Source: Fonticula alba ATCC 38817
Lineage: Eukaryota > Protista > Nucleariida
Reading direction: 5' to 3' (one strand)
DNA length: 64,000 bases
NCBI GenBank assembly: GCA_000388065.2
Contig: KB932202.1
The notes beneath the pieces were generated by a model. The model made no database searches. It had not been told where the DNA came from and saw only the letters and a list, made by a program, of their open reading frames with translations. The number at the start of each line of letters is the position of its first letter. The first letter of the stretch is position 1. The position numbers were made by a program, and so were the translations under genes. Of this stretch, positions 11,775 to 24,120 are shown in pieces.

Positions 11775-14700
11775 ATCGTCGGATTCCGCGTCGCCAACAT
11801 CTACGATGTCAACTCCAAAACCTACCTCTTCAAGCTTGTGCAGACGGGTGTGGCGGCCGTTGGCCAAGTAAACCAGCAAATTTTCCTGCTCTCGGAGTCC
11901 GGCAATCGCTTCCACACCACCGAGTATGACCGCGACCGGTCGCCGATGCCCAATGATTTTTCCATGAAGGTGCGCGCCTCCCATGGCCAACTCCGCCCCT
12001 CCCCTGCCCTCTCCCCAAGCTTGTCCTGACCCCAACAATTCGCCCCTTCCCCCTCCCCTCCTCCCTCCCTCTTCCCCATGTGCAGCTCCGCAAGCACATC
12101 CGGACACACCGGATTTCCGGCATCCGCCAGGTCGGCGTCGATCGCATTATCGAGATCAGCTTCACCAGCGGCTACCTGCTGTACTTTGAGTTCTTTGCCG
12201 GTGTGCGTGCCCTGCCCCCTCCTCCCGCTTGGTCCCCTGGCCTGTCCCCCGGGATTAGCGCTTCCTTCCCCTGGATCTCCCCCCCCCTCCTCTTCCCCGT
12301 TGTCTGACCCATCATGCTCCGCCTTTCGAATGGCCCTCCCCTCGGCTCCGCAGGGTAATATCATCCTCACCAACCCTGAGCACCAAATTCTGGCCCTCTT
12401 GCGTATGGCCAAGCCCGATGAGAACACCCGCTTTGCCGTGCGCGAGACCTACGACATCTCCCGGGCCCATGCCTCCCTGACTCCTGTGTCGAGGGACAGG
12501 TGCGCGCTTCCGCATGCCGGTCGGCTGCATGCCGGGGCACCTCCCCTTTGGGCCGGCCATCAGCTTGGCTAACCGCTCTGCCCCCCCCCCCCCCCCTGCA
12601 AAGCCTCATGGCCATTCTCCGGTCCGCCGGGCCGGACATCGAGCTGCGGCGGCTCCTGCTGGAGACACTTGCCTATGGGTCCTCGCTGATTGACCACTGC
12701 ATCACCAAGGCCGGCCTGGAACCCAGCATGAATGTTGTCCGGTCTTTCGACATGTCGCCAGGTATCACACATGTCCCCCCTCTCGCCGATGCCCAAACCC
12801 CGGGTGCCTACACGGCCCGGCCGTCCATCCCGCGTGCTGACTCTGCCGTATGTCCTCCCTGCCTAGACTCGGCCAGCTTCGACAATCTGTTGGCTGCCCT
12901 GCAGGAGGCCAACACCTTTTTCGAGGGCAGCCAGGCCACCACACCCGGGTACATTTTCACCCGGGCCAACCCATCCCCCCGCAAGGACCCGGATGGGAAC
13001 CTCATCGACGAGGAGCTGTACGTGCCATCTTCCTCTCCCTTTTTTTCTTCTTCTCGTGCCTCCCGTATCCGGCTCTTTTGCTGGTCTTCCCCATCGCCAC
13101 CTAACCAACCGCGCCTCACCAATGGTGTGCATGCCGCTCTGACCTCCTTGCCGGGAAAAAAAATCAACAACAATAATCGCCCAGCTTCGAGAGCTTCGAG
13201 CCCTTCCTCTTCGAGCATCTGAAGGACCGCCCCCACCGGGTGTTCGACACCTTTGACAAGGCCCTGGACGAGTACTTCTCTCGCATCGATGGCCAGCGGG
13301 TGGATCAGCGCGCGGCCCGGGCGCAGCAGCAGTCCCTCAACCGCGTGGCCCACGTGCGCAAGGACCACGAGAACCGCCTTCAGGCACTGCGTGCGGCGCA
13401 AGTTTCCAATGTTGAGCGGGCCCGACTCATTGAGGCCAATGTGGACCTGGTTGACGCGGCCCGGCAGATTGTCCTGTCGGCCCTGGCATCCGGGTTCCAA
13501 TGGTCGCAATTGTGGGAGCTGGTGGTCAGCCAGAAGGATCTCGGCCACCCGGTGGCCCGGTGCATTCATGCCCTGCGACTTGAGACCAGCCAGATCGACC
13601 TGTCCCTGCCGATCATCGAGGAGGAGGAGGAAGATGCCTACGACTCGGACGAGGACTTTGACAATGAGGAGGCCTCCACCCGGGGATCGAAGAAGCGCCG
13701 AATGGTGGTCACCATCGACCTCGGGGTGTCGGCTTTCGCCAATGCCCAGAATTACTACCAGCTGAAGAAGTCCTCCCATGAGAAGGAGCTCCGGACCATC
13801 AGTGCCTCCTCGAGGGCCATTCGCTCGACCGAGCGCCTGGTCCGCCAGGAGATCCAGCAGGTGCAAGTGGCGTCGGCGGTCAACCGCATGCGCAAGCCCT
13901 ATTGGTTCGAGCGCTTTGCTTGGTTCATCTCCACCGAGAATTATCTGGTGATCGCGGGCCGCGATGCCCAGCAGAATGAAATCCTGGTCAAGCGCTATCT
14001 GCGTCCTGGCGATGCTTACATTCATGCGGACATCCACGGCGCCACGAGTGTCATCGTGAAGAACCCCTTCCCCGATCAGCCGGTGTCGCCGGTGACCTTG
14101 TCGCAGGCAGGGTGCGTCCATGCTGGTTTTCCTCCTTCTCTCTCTCTCTCTCTCTCTCTCCCTCTGCTTCTTTCTCCTGGGAAGCGCACAAGGGGCAAAG
14201 ATTGTGACATGATCCGCGGTCCCCGGTGGTCTAACTCGCCTTTCCCCTCCTTCCCCTCCCCTCCCCCCCTCCCCTCGACTATGGTTGCATGTGCAGCACT
14301 ATGGCCATTTGCCTGTCCAGCGCGTGGGATGCCAATATCGTTGTGTCGGCCTGGTGGGTCGAGGCCAACCAGGTGTCCAAGACGGCCCCCTCCGGCGAGT
14401 ACCTGCCCACCGGGTCCTTTGTCATTCGTGGCAAGAAGAACTTCCTTCCCCCGGCTCGGCTTGAGATGGGCTTTGGGTATATGTTCCGTCTCGATGACGA
14501 GTCGGTCCCCCGTCACCGGGGCGAGCGCAAGATGAACCTCTCCAAGGATGACATCGAGGCCTATGCCTCCTCGGTGCAGCGCTACGGCCTCCAGGCAAGT
14601 GACACGTCTGCCGAGACACCCGCCTCCGAGTCGGTGGCCGAGAGCTCGGCCGAATCTTCCGCCGAGTTGGACCTGTCAAAGGTGGACTTCTCGAACATCA

Positions 14701-16125
14701 CTGATGACACTGGCTTCGCGCGCGACGCCGACGCATCTCCCGAGGACAGCGACCAGGAGGCTGGCCAGGGCGCAGAGGCGGCGGACAGGGACTCGATTTC
14801 ATCCGATGAGGACGAGGAGGCTGCCGAGGAGATCGCCGCTCCCTCTGCTCCGGAGCCCACCTCCTCCAAGAAGAAGCAGACGGCTGCCTCCAAGAAGAAG
14901 CAGGCTGCTGCTTCGAAGAAGCCCTCCCGTGAAGAATCCCCTCCCCCAGCGAAGGTATGTTTCCTTGTTTGCCACTTTTCCCCCGGGGCCCCTTTCCTTC
15001 ATCGTCGGCCTTCAATCGAATACTCACCCCGGTGCCATTGGTTCCCACGGCTCCAGGTTCGCGGCAAGCATGGCAAGATGAAGAAGCTCAAGAAGAAGTA
15101 TGCCGATCAGGATGACGAGGAGCGCGAATTGCGCATGGAACTTCTCGGGGTGCGTCTCCCTTGGTCTCTGTCTCTCTCTCTCTCTCTCTCTCTTCCGCAC
15201 CTCCTCTCCCTGTACGGGCAGGCGCAGCCACGCCTTCACGCCAGTCTCTAATGTGCCTTCTTCCCTTCCCTCCTCTTCGTTGCTCTGTCCAGTCCACGAA
15301 GGGCGCCAACCAGAAGGCTGCCAAGCGCCAGGAAGAGATCGCCAAGCGCCAGGAGAAGGTGGACCGGGCCAATCGCCCGCGCGTCAAGGCCCCGGTCACC
15401 TCGCTGATGCATGTCCCCGCTAGCGGTGCCGATGGTGCCGAGAATGCCGCCGCCCCGGCGACCCTCACTGAGGAGCAAGAGCGTCAGGAGGTTCGCCAGC
15501 TGCTGGCCGCCGAGCAGATTCCCCTTGATGATGACGAGGAGGCAGAGCTGTCCACGTCGGTGCGTTGGTGGCTTTGTCCCCCCTCGGCCCCTCAATCCTG
15601 CTCACCGCATCTATTCCACACGTGCCTCTCCTTCACTCCCGAGCCCTCGCTTACCATGCGTCCCCCAAAATCGCACACTTGACAGTCCCTGATGGGCTAT
15701 CTGGATGCCTTGACCGGTGTCCCCCATCCGGATGACATCCTCCTCTACGCGGTGCCCGTGTGCCTGCCGTACACCGTGGCTCTGACTTATAAGTTCAAGG
15801 TGAAGGTGACCCCTGGAAGCCTGAAGAAGGGGAAGGGTATGTGGCGCCTTCGTTTGGCGTCTTCTCTTTTGTTCCCCTCGGCCTCTCTCTCCCTCTGTCC
15901 CTTTCTCTCTCTCACACACACACACACACGACTGGATCTATCCCTCCATCCCCTCGGACCGCCTTATCCCCAGCTTGCAAGGCCACCCTCGATCTGGTGG
16001 AGAAACACCCTGACATGACGCGCCGTGAGCGGGACCTCCTGCGTGCGGTTCCCACAACCGAGGCCGTGGCGCAGATGATTGGCAAGGCCCGCATCAGCCC
16101 CGCTGCCGGCGATCGGAAGAAGTGA
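11546..16125 (+). CDS. NEMF: Ribosome quality control subunit NEMF/Rqc2 (12 exons)
   Basis: [123 protein letters not shown]-terminal [40 protein letters not shown]. All 11 introns are GT..AG and frame-consistent. Confidence 0.95.
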
Positions 16126-16576
16126 TTGTTCATCACTGACGTTGGCTTGTACACACCCATTACAAGATACCCATCGTACCCCGTGGCTGGGCCTATTAAT
16201 TTATTTTTTTGGAATACGCACGTGTGCGACTTCAACCCTACACCCTGCTTGCGAGGAGGAAGACACCACTACCACCACCACCACCACCACCACCACCACA
16301 AAGGAGATATTGAAGGTTGATTTTGCTTTTATTTTTCTTTCGCCCCTCCGCGCGAGGGGACAACAAAAAAGGGGGATGATGCGCGGGGGCAGAAGACGAG
16401 GGAATAGGCTGGATGCCAGACGGCTTGGGCGGGTGGGAGGGAGGGAGGGAGGTGGAATCTAGTTGGGGTCAGTGGGCAGGGAGGAAGGGATGGGCATGCT
16501 GTCCGCACACAAGTGCACAAGCGCGCGCATGCCCTCGCCTACCTTCCTCCCTCCCGAGGCCCCCTCCGCCCCTCTC

Positions 16577-18703
16577 TCACCGGCAGTCAAGGACGCGTGC
16601 CAGAATATGGAGGTTGTTAAGGGCCAAGGGGCTGGCATCAAGAACCTGGCCGGCCTTCTCGATGGCAACACTGGCGCGCGCCCACCGGTGGAGGGCGTAC
16701 CGCCGCTCGTTGGGCGACCAGGCCTTCGTGAGAGCATAGGGGAAGCCTGGTGGTGGTGGTGGTGGTGGTGGTGTGTGAGGCATGTACCATGTTAGAGCTC
16801 GGCATCGGTGCCAAAAAGGGGGGAAAAGGTCCGGCAAGGGTGCCCGGGGGGGGGGGGGGGGGGGGGGGNNNNNNNNNNNNNNNNNNNNNNNNNNNNNNNN
16901 NNNNNNNNNNNNNNNNNNNNNNNNNNNNNNNNNNNNNNNNNNNNNNNNNNNNNNNNNNNNNNNNNNNNNNNNNNNNNNNNNNNNNNNNNNNNNNNNNNNN
17001 NNNNNNNNNNNNNNNNNNNNNNNNNNNNNNNNNNNNNNNNNNNNNNNNNNNNNNNNNNNNNNNNNNNNNNNNNNNNNNNNNNNNNNNNNNNNNNNNNNNN
17101 NNNNNNNNNNNNNNNNNNNNNNNNNNNNNNNNNNNNNNNNNNNNNNNNNNNNNNNNNNNNNNNNNNNNNNNNNNNNNNNNNNNNNNNNNNNNNNNNNNNN
17201 NNNNNNNNNNNNNNNNNNNNNNNNNNNNNNNNNNNNNNNNNNNNNNNNNNNNNNNNNNNNNNNNNNNNNNNNNNNNNNNNNNNNNNNNNNNNNNNNNNNN
17301 NNNNNNNNNNNNNNNNNNNNNNNNNNNNNNNNNNNNNNNNNNNNNNNNNNNNNNNNNNNNNNNNNNNNNNNNNNNNNNNNNNNNNNNNNNNNNNNNNNNN
17401 NNNNNNNNNNNNNNNNNNNNNNNNNNNNNNNNNNNNNNNNNNNNNNNNNNNNNNNNNNNNNNNNNNNNNNNNNNNNNNNNNNNNNNNNNNNNNNNNNNNN
17501 NNNNNNNNNNNNNNNNNNNNNNNNNNNNNNNNNNNNNNNNNNNNNNNNNNNNNNNNNNNNNNNNNNNNNNNNNNNNNNNNNNNNNNNNNNNNNNNNNNNN
17601 NNNNNNNNNNNNNNNNNNNNNNNNNNNNNNNNNNNNNNNNNNNNNNNNNNNNNNNNNNNNGGGGGGGGGGGGACAAGCTGCATGACATTGCATGAGATCG
17701 GCCGGAGGATCGTACCACATTGGCACGAAGACGCTCGAGCGCCGCGGCGGCACGCTGACACCCCTCGTCGGAGTCAGCCAGCATCTGCGAAAAGGTCTCC
17801 AGCAGCACCTTACGCGAGTAGATCTGAGATGTGAGGGTGCGCTGACTCGACTGAACCTGATGAAGTGGCGCACAGAAAGGCCAAGTTAGAGCGGCAAGAT
17901 GGCCAAGGGAAAAGACAAACGCCGGGAAAGAAGCGGGGGGGGGGGGGGGGGGGGGGGGGGAGGGGGCAGGCAGGTCGAAAGGGTAGCTGGCCGGGAGCGC
18001 ACCAGGGTGTCCTTCTGGATGAACATCGGCGGCAGCAGGTGCGGCAGGCGAGCAATGTAGATGGGAAGGATGGCGAAAGAGCCTGGCAGAGCTGACACCA
18101 GGAGGAAGGGAATGAAGGCGATGCCATTGCGCTTGGCCCTGTGGGTGAGGAGGAAAGGCATCAGCAAATGCGAGTGGCAAGCGGGGGCGTTGGCCATGGG
18201 GATGCACGCGCGAGCAGATCGAGCGCACTTGTTGACTGTCAGGTTTTGCTCCCGGGTACGGTCCTCCTGCTTGGTGAGCATGCCTATCCGGGAGGCGTCC
18301 ATCATTTGCCGGCTGAAGAGGCCAAAACCGCGGATCTGTTCCGGATGGCAGAGGGACGGCAGAAGAAGAGCCCAGCCGCGGTTAGCTGGCAAATGACATG
18401 GGACCGGCAGTCGAGTGGCGCAGCGCCACGGCGCATGGGGCAGGAGGGCAAGGTGTGACAACATACAAAGGTTCGGGTCATGTTGATTGCCTCATGTAGG
18501 CGGGCCTGCCAGCCGCCCTCGGGAGCGGGATGAGGGCTCCCGGGGGTGGCCGCGCCGCTTGGGCCAGAGGGAGGCGGCTGCGCCGCCGGGGGCGGCTGCG
18601 ACTGCGGCGCCGAGGAAACAACCGTGTGCATGGCGCGCAAGACCAGAGGGCCGGTTGCTGGCCGGGCTGGCAGCGCAAGCGAACGGGTAGCGCAGCGAAG
18701 CAT
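16577..18703 (-). CDS. LETM1/Mdm38-like mitochondrial inner-membrane protein (partly in gap; 3' end uncertain)
   Basis: Presequence-like start MLRCATRSLALPARP at 18703. Exons 18703-18467, 18335-18229, 18138-18003 and 17856-~17716, then a gap, then ~16750-16580. IPFLLVSALPGSFAILPIYIARLPHLLPPMF resembles the LETM1 TM segment [31 protein letters not shown] (reference recalled from memory). Confidence 0.6.
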
Positions 18704-19288
18704 CTCTCCACAGAGGCGGCGTTGCCCGGTGAAGGTGTGACAGGAAAGACAGGCGGGAGTAGGGGNNNNNNNNNNNNNNNNNNNNNNNNNNNNNNNNNNN
18801 NNNNNNNNNNNNNNNNNNNNNNNNNNNNNNNNNNNNNNNNNNNNNNNNNNNNNNNNNNNNNNNNNNNNNNNNNNNNNNNNNNNNNNNNNNNNNNNNNNNN
18901 NNNNNNNNNNNNNNNNNNNNNNNNNNNNNNNNNNNNNNNNNNNNNNNNNNNNNNNNNNNNNNNNNGGCGGGGAGCGTGGGGGCCTGGGGGGGGGGGGCCG
19001 GGCGCGGAGGGGGTGCCCCTGGCGCAGGCCACTCGACGCTAGCCGCTCGACCCCGGGCAGCATGTGGGGCGTGGATGACTGCCGTCTATTTTTGAATTGT
19101 CCATGATCTGCCTCCTGGCACGGATCTCCGGTCGCATCTGCCCTGTGCGCCCCCCCCCACGCATGCACGGTCGCTCTGGGCTGGCTCCGAGCTAGGCGCG
19201 CACCGGGGCTTGGGCGCCCATGCGGGTAGGGGCGGATTTCCTTGACTTGCGATGGCATTTCATCTGGTCCAAGACCACTCGGGAGAAG

Positions 19289-19364
19289 GGGCGTGGGCGT
19301 GGGCGTGGGCGTGGGCGTGGTCGCGGGGGCGGGGGCGGGGGCGGGGGGCGGGGGCGCGGGGGGG
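19289..19364. repeat. (GGGCGT)5 followed by about five GGGGGC units; G-quadruplex-capable
   Basis: Read directly; lies between the divergent LETM1-like and LIN54-like genes. Confidence 0.85.
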
Positions 19365-20288
19365 TAGCCATTTCAGGTGCATTGTTGGTGTGCGGCTCTC
19401 CGCCCAGGCAGCCCGGCCCGGGCCCTATCGCCCCTGACCAGTGTGGTAAGTCCATGCGCCCCTCGAACCACGGGGTCCGGCCAGTGCGATCGGCCAAGAC
19501 CACGGTGCAACCCATATGCAATTTGCGCCTCCACGCGCACACAAGCGCCCATGAGACACACATTAGACACACCAGACGCCCATATCAAGCTCGGGAGATC
19601 AAGCGCCCCTGCCCCGGCTGGCAAGCAGCAGCGCACTCCGTCTCGAGGAATGCGCCTCCAGTCCCGCACCCCCCCCCCCCCCACGAAGGCCCTGGCAGGG
19701 TGCCCGCGTATCTAGCCCCAAGTCGCATGTGTTTTCTCGCCGCCTCGGGGGTCGGATACAGGTTGCAAGAACGGTGGGCCGGACGCTCCACCACCCACCG
19801 CCCCCCGGCACACGGACACGATCGCGTGAGATGCCCATCCACCGGTGTGCTGACCAGAGAGCACGTGCTACATGGCGAGATTCCCACAGCGAGGCCGTTA
19901 TCATGGCGACCTGTCACTCCTCGGCCTTTCAAACTCGTCGATCTGACCAGGGCACGCCAGCGCTCACTGCTCCAGTCCGCTCTTGGGCGCCTTCCAGGTG
20001 AATGGGGCGCGAGGGGACGAGGGATCACACATCTGGCCTCTCGGTGGTTGACAGATCGAACCGGGGGCCGGGTAGCCAAGGCCACGGGGGGCGCCTCATC
20101 GGCAGGCTCTTCGCTCCGACTCACCATCGAGAGTCCAGCTACCCCCATTCCTCCCCCTCCCCNNNNNNNNNNNNNNNNNNNNNNNNNNNCCCCCCCCCCC
20201 CCCGCGCCTCTTTCCTTTTTTTCTTTTTCCCTCTACCTGCCAACTTGGCACCGTCGCCGCCGCCGCCGCCGCCGTCGCCGTCGCTGCC

Positions 20289-20905
20289 ATGGGCTCAAAT
20301 GCTCCGCCGCCGAAGCATCCGGCCATGTCGGCCACTGCCATGCCGGCTGCTGCTGACTCGGATCCTGCAGCACTTACCCGCTCAACTGCTGCCTCGGCCA
20401 CCATCACCAACACCAACACCAACACCAACACCGCTTCGGGCGGTGTGACTCCCGCTCCGGCCGGGCAACAGCCTGAGGCATTAGGCTCGGCAAATCACGC
20501 AACAATGCCCACTTCGCTCTCGAGCAGTGACCCCGGCCGGTCTCAAGCCCCCCTCCTGTCGACAGCTGGTGCATTTGCCCCGCCTGCTGACGCCCTCCCC
20601 GCCCCCGCGTCCTCGACCCCAGCCCCGAGCTTCCCCGGCCTGCCGGCCAACTTCCCCAACGCCTTTGATCCGTACCACATGCATCTCCTCTCGCAGCGGT
20701 ATCCTCAACCATTGGGTGCTGGATTGCCCATGTTTCCGACTGTGGTGTCTGATCCTGGCACTGGAGGCTACAATGTGGCTCTGGCCAGCCTGGCTGGTCT
20801 TGGCGCCGGAACGCTGCCGTCTTCCTCCTCGACAGCCAACTCTGCCCTTTTGCACCCCTTTTATCTTCATCAGCACCAGCAACAGGCCCAACAAGTCCAT
20901 GCTCA

Positions 20906-20940
<35 letters not shown>

Positions 20941-20948
20941 AACAGCAA

Positions 20949-21008
<60 letters not shown>

Positions 21009-23618
21009 TTGTTCCAGCAACAGCAAAACACGAAGCAGCAGGCACAGCAGCAAGCACAGCAACAAGCACAGCAGCGTGCCGGGGTACCTCAGGCACCAGG
21101 GACTGGCGCTGTTCGTTCGCCTCCTTTCTTTTTGGCTGATCCTCCCCAGCCGCTGGGGCATTTGTTCGTCCCGATTGCCGCTGGTAGGCCGCCGATCCCC
21201 ACCGCAGCACTTGGCCGCCCCCCTGCTGCAGGGTCCAGTCCGATTGGACCTCACGGCGGGGACGCATCTTTTTTGTCTGAACCCCCTCAGACGCCCAGCA
21301 CCCCAAGCAGTGCCAGCACCAGTACAAGCGCCAATAGCGCGTCCTCTTCCGCTGGTGCTTCTGGGCACTCACACTGTCAGTGCAAGAATATCCCCTGCCT
21401 GAAGCTGTACTGCGAGTGCTTCGCCCGGGGTGTCCTCTGCCGGCCGGCCTGCACTTGCTCCTCCATTTGTCGGAACAACCACCACCATGAGCGGGTGCGT
21501 AGTCTGTGGCCTTCTCTTTTGAGCCATTGTTCTTCGCAGCACACGCCGCAAACACACAAACATGCACTTTGTGCTCGTTTGACTGACTTTTCTCGCCGGT
21601 CTCGCCACGAATAGGATCGTCTCGAGGCCGTATACTCGGTGCTTGACCGCAACCCGCACGCCTTCAAATCCAAGGTATTCTCCACGAGCTTTTTGCCCCC
21701 CCCCCCCCCCTCCTCCCTGCGAACCTCTGACATGCTGTCTCTGCGTGACCTCGCTCTGCTCAAGGATGAGACCCGCCCACATCGTGGTATGTAATGCACA
21801 CTGGAATGAGTATCACCACTTGCTCCCGACTGACCTCCGCTCTCATGATGACATTAGGCTGCAAATGCAGACGCACACAATGCCGGAACCGGTATTGCGA
21901 GTGCGCTCAGCTCGGCGTCCGATGCTCTCCCCTCGTGTGCCGGTGCATTGATTGCCACAATGGCAAGTGTGATTCCCATTTTGATGCTGGTACATGCGCA
22001 CATGCCCATACATACACACCGACGCGCACAGCCTCGGGCATTGGACATATATTTATATGCACATGATTTTTACGACCAATTCGCAAGCTGACTCGCCCTT
22101 CCTTGCGGGGAAAAAAAAAACAATCACACAATCAAACAACCACCCTGATTGCAGCCGCTACTGGTGGCAGTACCCCTGTCACTTTGGCAAGCGGCTGGGT
22201 GGATGAGGGGGCTTCCGCAGCACAGGAGCTCCGAGATCGCATGGCTCAGCCAGCCGCCTCCTCAAGTGACTTCGCCCCTGGCTCAGAGCCCTCGACACCC
22301 AGTACTCGCGATGTGACTGACGTGGCCACTCCAGCCGCGACCGGTACCATGGCGCCCCCAGGCTCAGGCTCCGGCAGTGGGGTGGTCACCGCTCGGGACT
22401 ACTCGCCAGCCACAATGCGCGAATATCGCAATCCCTCCCATTCGGTTGCCTCCCGCAAGCGGAGGTACGCCCATGGCCTTTGGGGGGGGGTGGGGGTGGG
22501 GGGGGGGGCACATTTCCTTCACATGCCCTGACGCAAGGCACTGACCTGCTGGCCCCTCGTCTAGACAACATGCCATTGCTCTTCTCTCATCGAAGCAGGC
22601 GCTCTTGAAAGATCGCGCCCTCTTTTCATCCATCCTCTCAGAAGGCACTCTCCAGGAGGCCGTTCGCACGCTGGTCGATTGCGCCGCGCATCCCCTGGCT
22701 GTCCGTGCCGCCACGGGAATGCCTTTCACAGAACAACCCACCCCGGCCGAGGGGACTGTGGCCCGAGGTGATATGGCCGGCACCATGGAGGATGTCTCCA
22801 CCTCGGAGGTTGCCGGCTCCACTGTCACTGACAACCCGGCTGGAGACACCCGCTCTGTCGCGCGCAAACGCTCAGCCGATGCGTGGCCCCCGGGGACTTT
22901 CGCTCCGAAGCGGCGACGTCACTTGATCCCGGTCTCGGAGTCCCTCAAGTCGGCTCCCGCCTCTGTGACCGAAGTCTCCGCCACCATGGCCCCACTCAAG
23001 CCCGAGGATGGGGCTCTCAAAACCGAGTCGCTGTCTGATGGCGGGAGGCCTGCAACTCCGATTGCAGCTCCGCCTGTGGCTCTGACCTCACCTCCTATTG
23101 GCTCCTTGGCAAACCGCGGCGACCCTCTGGCAACAGCAAGTGCCCTTGTGACGGCCGAGCTGCATGAGCTCAGTCAGCTGGCGGCTCGCTCTGCCGAAGA
23201 CCAGGCCATCGATGCCACGGTCGCCTACAACACCCTGACCGAACTCACGCACATCCTAAATCGTGTGTGTGATACCGTCATCGGGCTCAAGCGTGCGTTT
23301 AGCCTTCCCCCCTCCTCCGCCTTCCTCCTCCTCCTTCTCCTCTTCCCTCTCTCTCACACACACACATACACATACATGCATGCATATGCACATGCACGCC
23401 TCTTCCTTGTCATGTGCACCGTTCTATCCTTGAACTCTAAATGACCCATTTACCCACACCCACGCCCGCCCCCCCCCCCCCCCCACACACACACACACAC
23501 ACACAGCTCCAACCAAACCTGCACGTGGCGGTATCCGAGCTGCTGCAGCTGCTGCTGCTGCCGCTGAGGCTGCTGCCGCATCTCTATCAGCCCTGTCTTC
23601 TCGCGCCCCCTCCTTGTG
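20289..23618 (+). CDS. LIN54: LIN54/tesmin/TSO1-like double CXC (CRC) domain protein with polyQ
   Basis: CXC1 CQCKNIPCLKLYCECFARGVLCRPACTCSSICRN; hinge RNPHAFKSK (family RNPxAFxPK); CXC2 GCKCRRTQCRNRYCECAQLGVRCSPLVCRCIDCHN. The last exon ends ..SSRAPSL* at 23618. The symbol denotes family membership, not tested orthology. Confidence 0.85.
20904..21008 (+). repeat. CAG/CAA repeat encoding 35 consecutive Gln
   Basis: 105 nt of CAG/CAA codons in frame in ORF 20289-21614. Confidence 0.95.
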
Positions 23619-23759
23619 ATGTGCGCGCGCGTCCCTCTGCGGCAAATAGACCTCCCTTCCCATAGTTGCTTCGCCTCCTACATGGCCCCATACACATCGA
23701 TGTACATAGACACATGCAAACGCCCCCAGCCATGTGAGCGTAGAGCCACGAGAAGTTGC

Positions 23760-23799
<40 letters not shown>

Positions 23800-23949
23800 T
23801 GGAATGTAAGGAGATTCTATGGTGTATTAAATATGGTCATATCCCATGGGGAGGAAGGGGGAAGGAGACAGGACGGGCCCCCTCCGCCGCTTCCGGAGAC
23901 GCGCCAGCCAGCTGGGAGGAGAGAAAGAGACTGGCGGATACAGGCGGAC

Positions 23950-23980
<31 letters not shown>

Positions 23981-24120
23981 AACACATGGAGGGAAGACTT
24001 CCCAAGTGTGGGTTTTGCTGGACAGGGCTAGGGGACAAAAGCCGGGAAGGGCTCCACAATTTGCTGACTCCCCCCCCCCGCAGCAAGTTTAACACACATG
24101 GTCACACATGTGGCGTCCCT

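Noticed and set aside
19920-19929. CTCGGCCTTT resembling the U2 snRNA 5' end
   Set aside because: No downstream GTGTAGTA branch-recognition sequence or Sm site.
19929-19934. TTCAAA (CHR-like) upstream of the LIN54-like gene, suggesting autoregulation
   Set aside because: The same hexamer or its complement occurs at many unrelated positions in the window.
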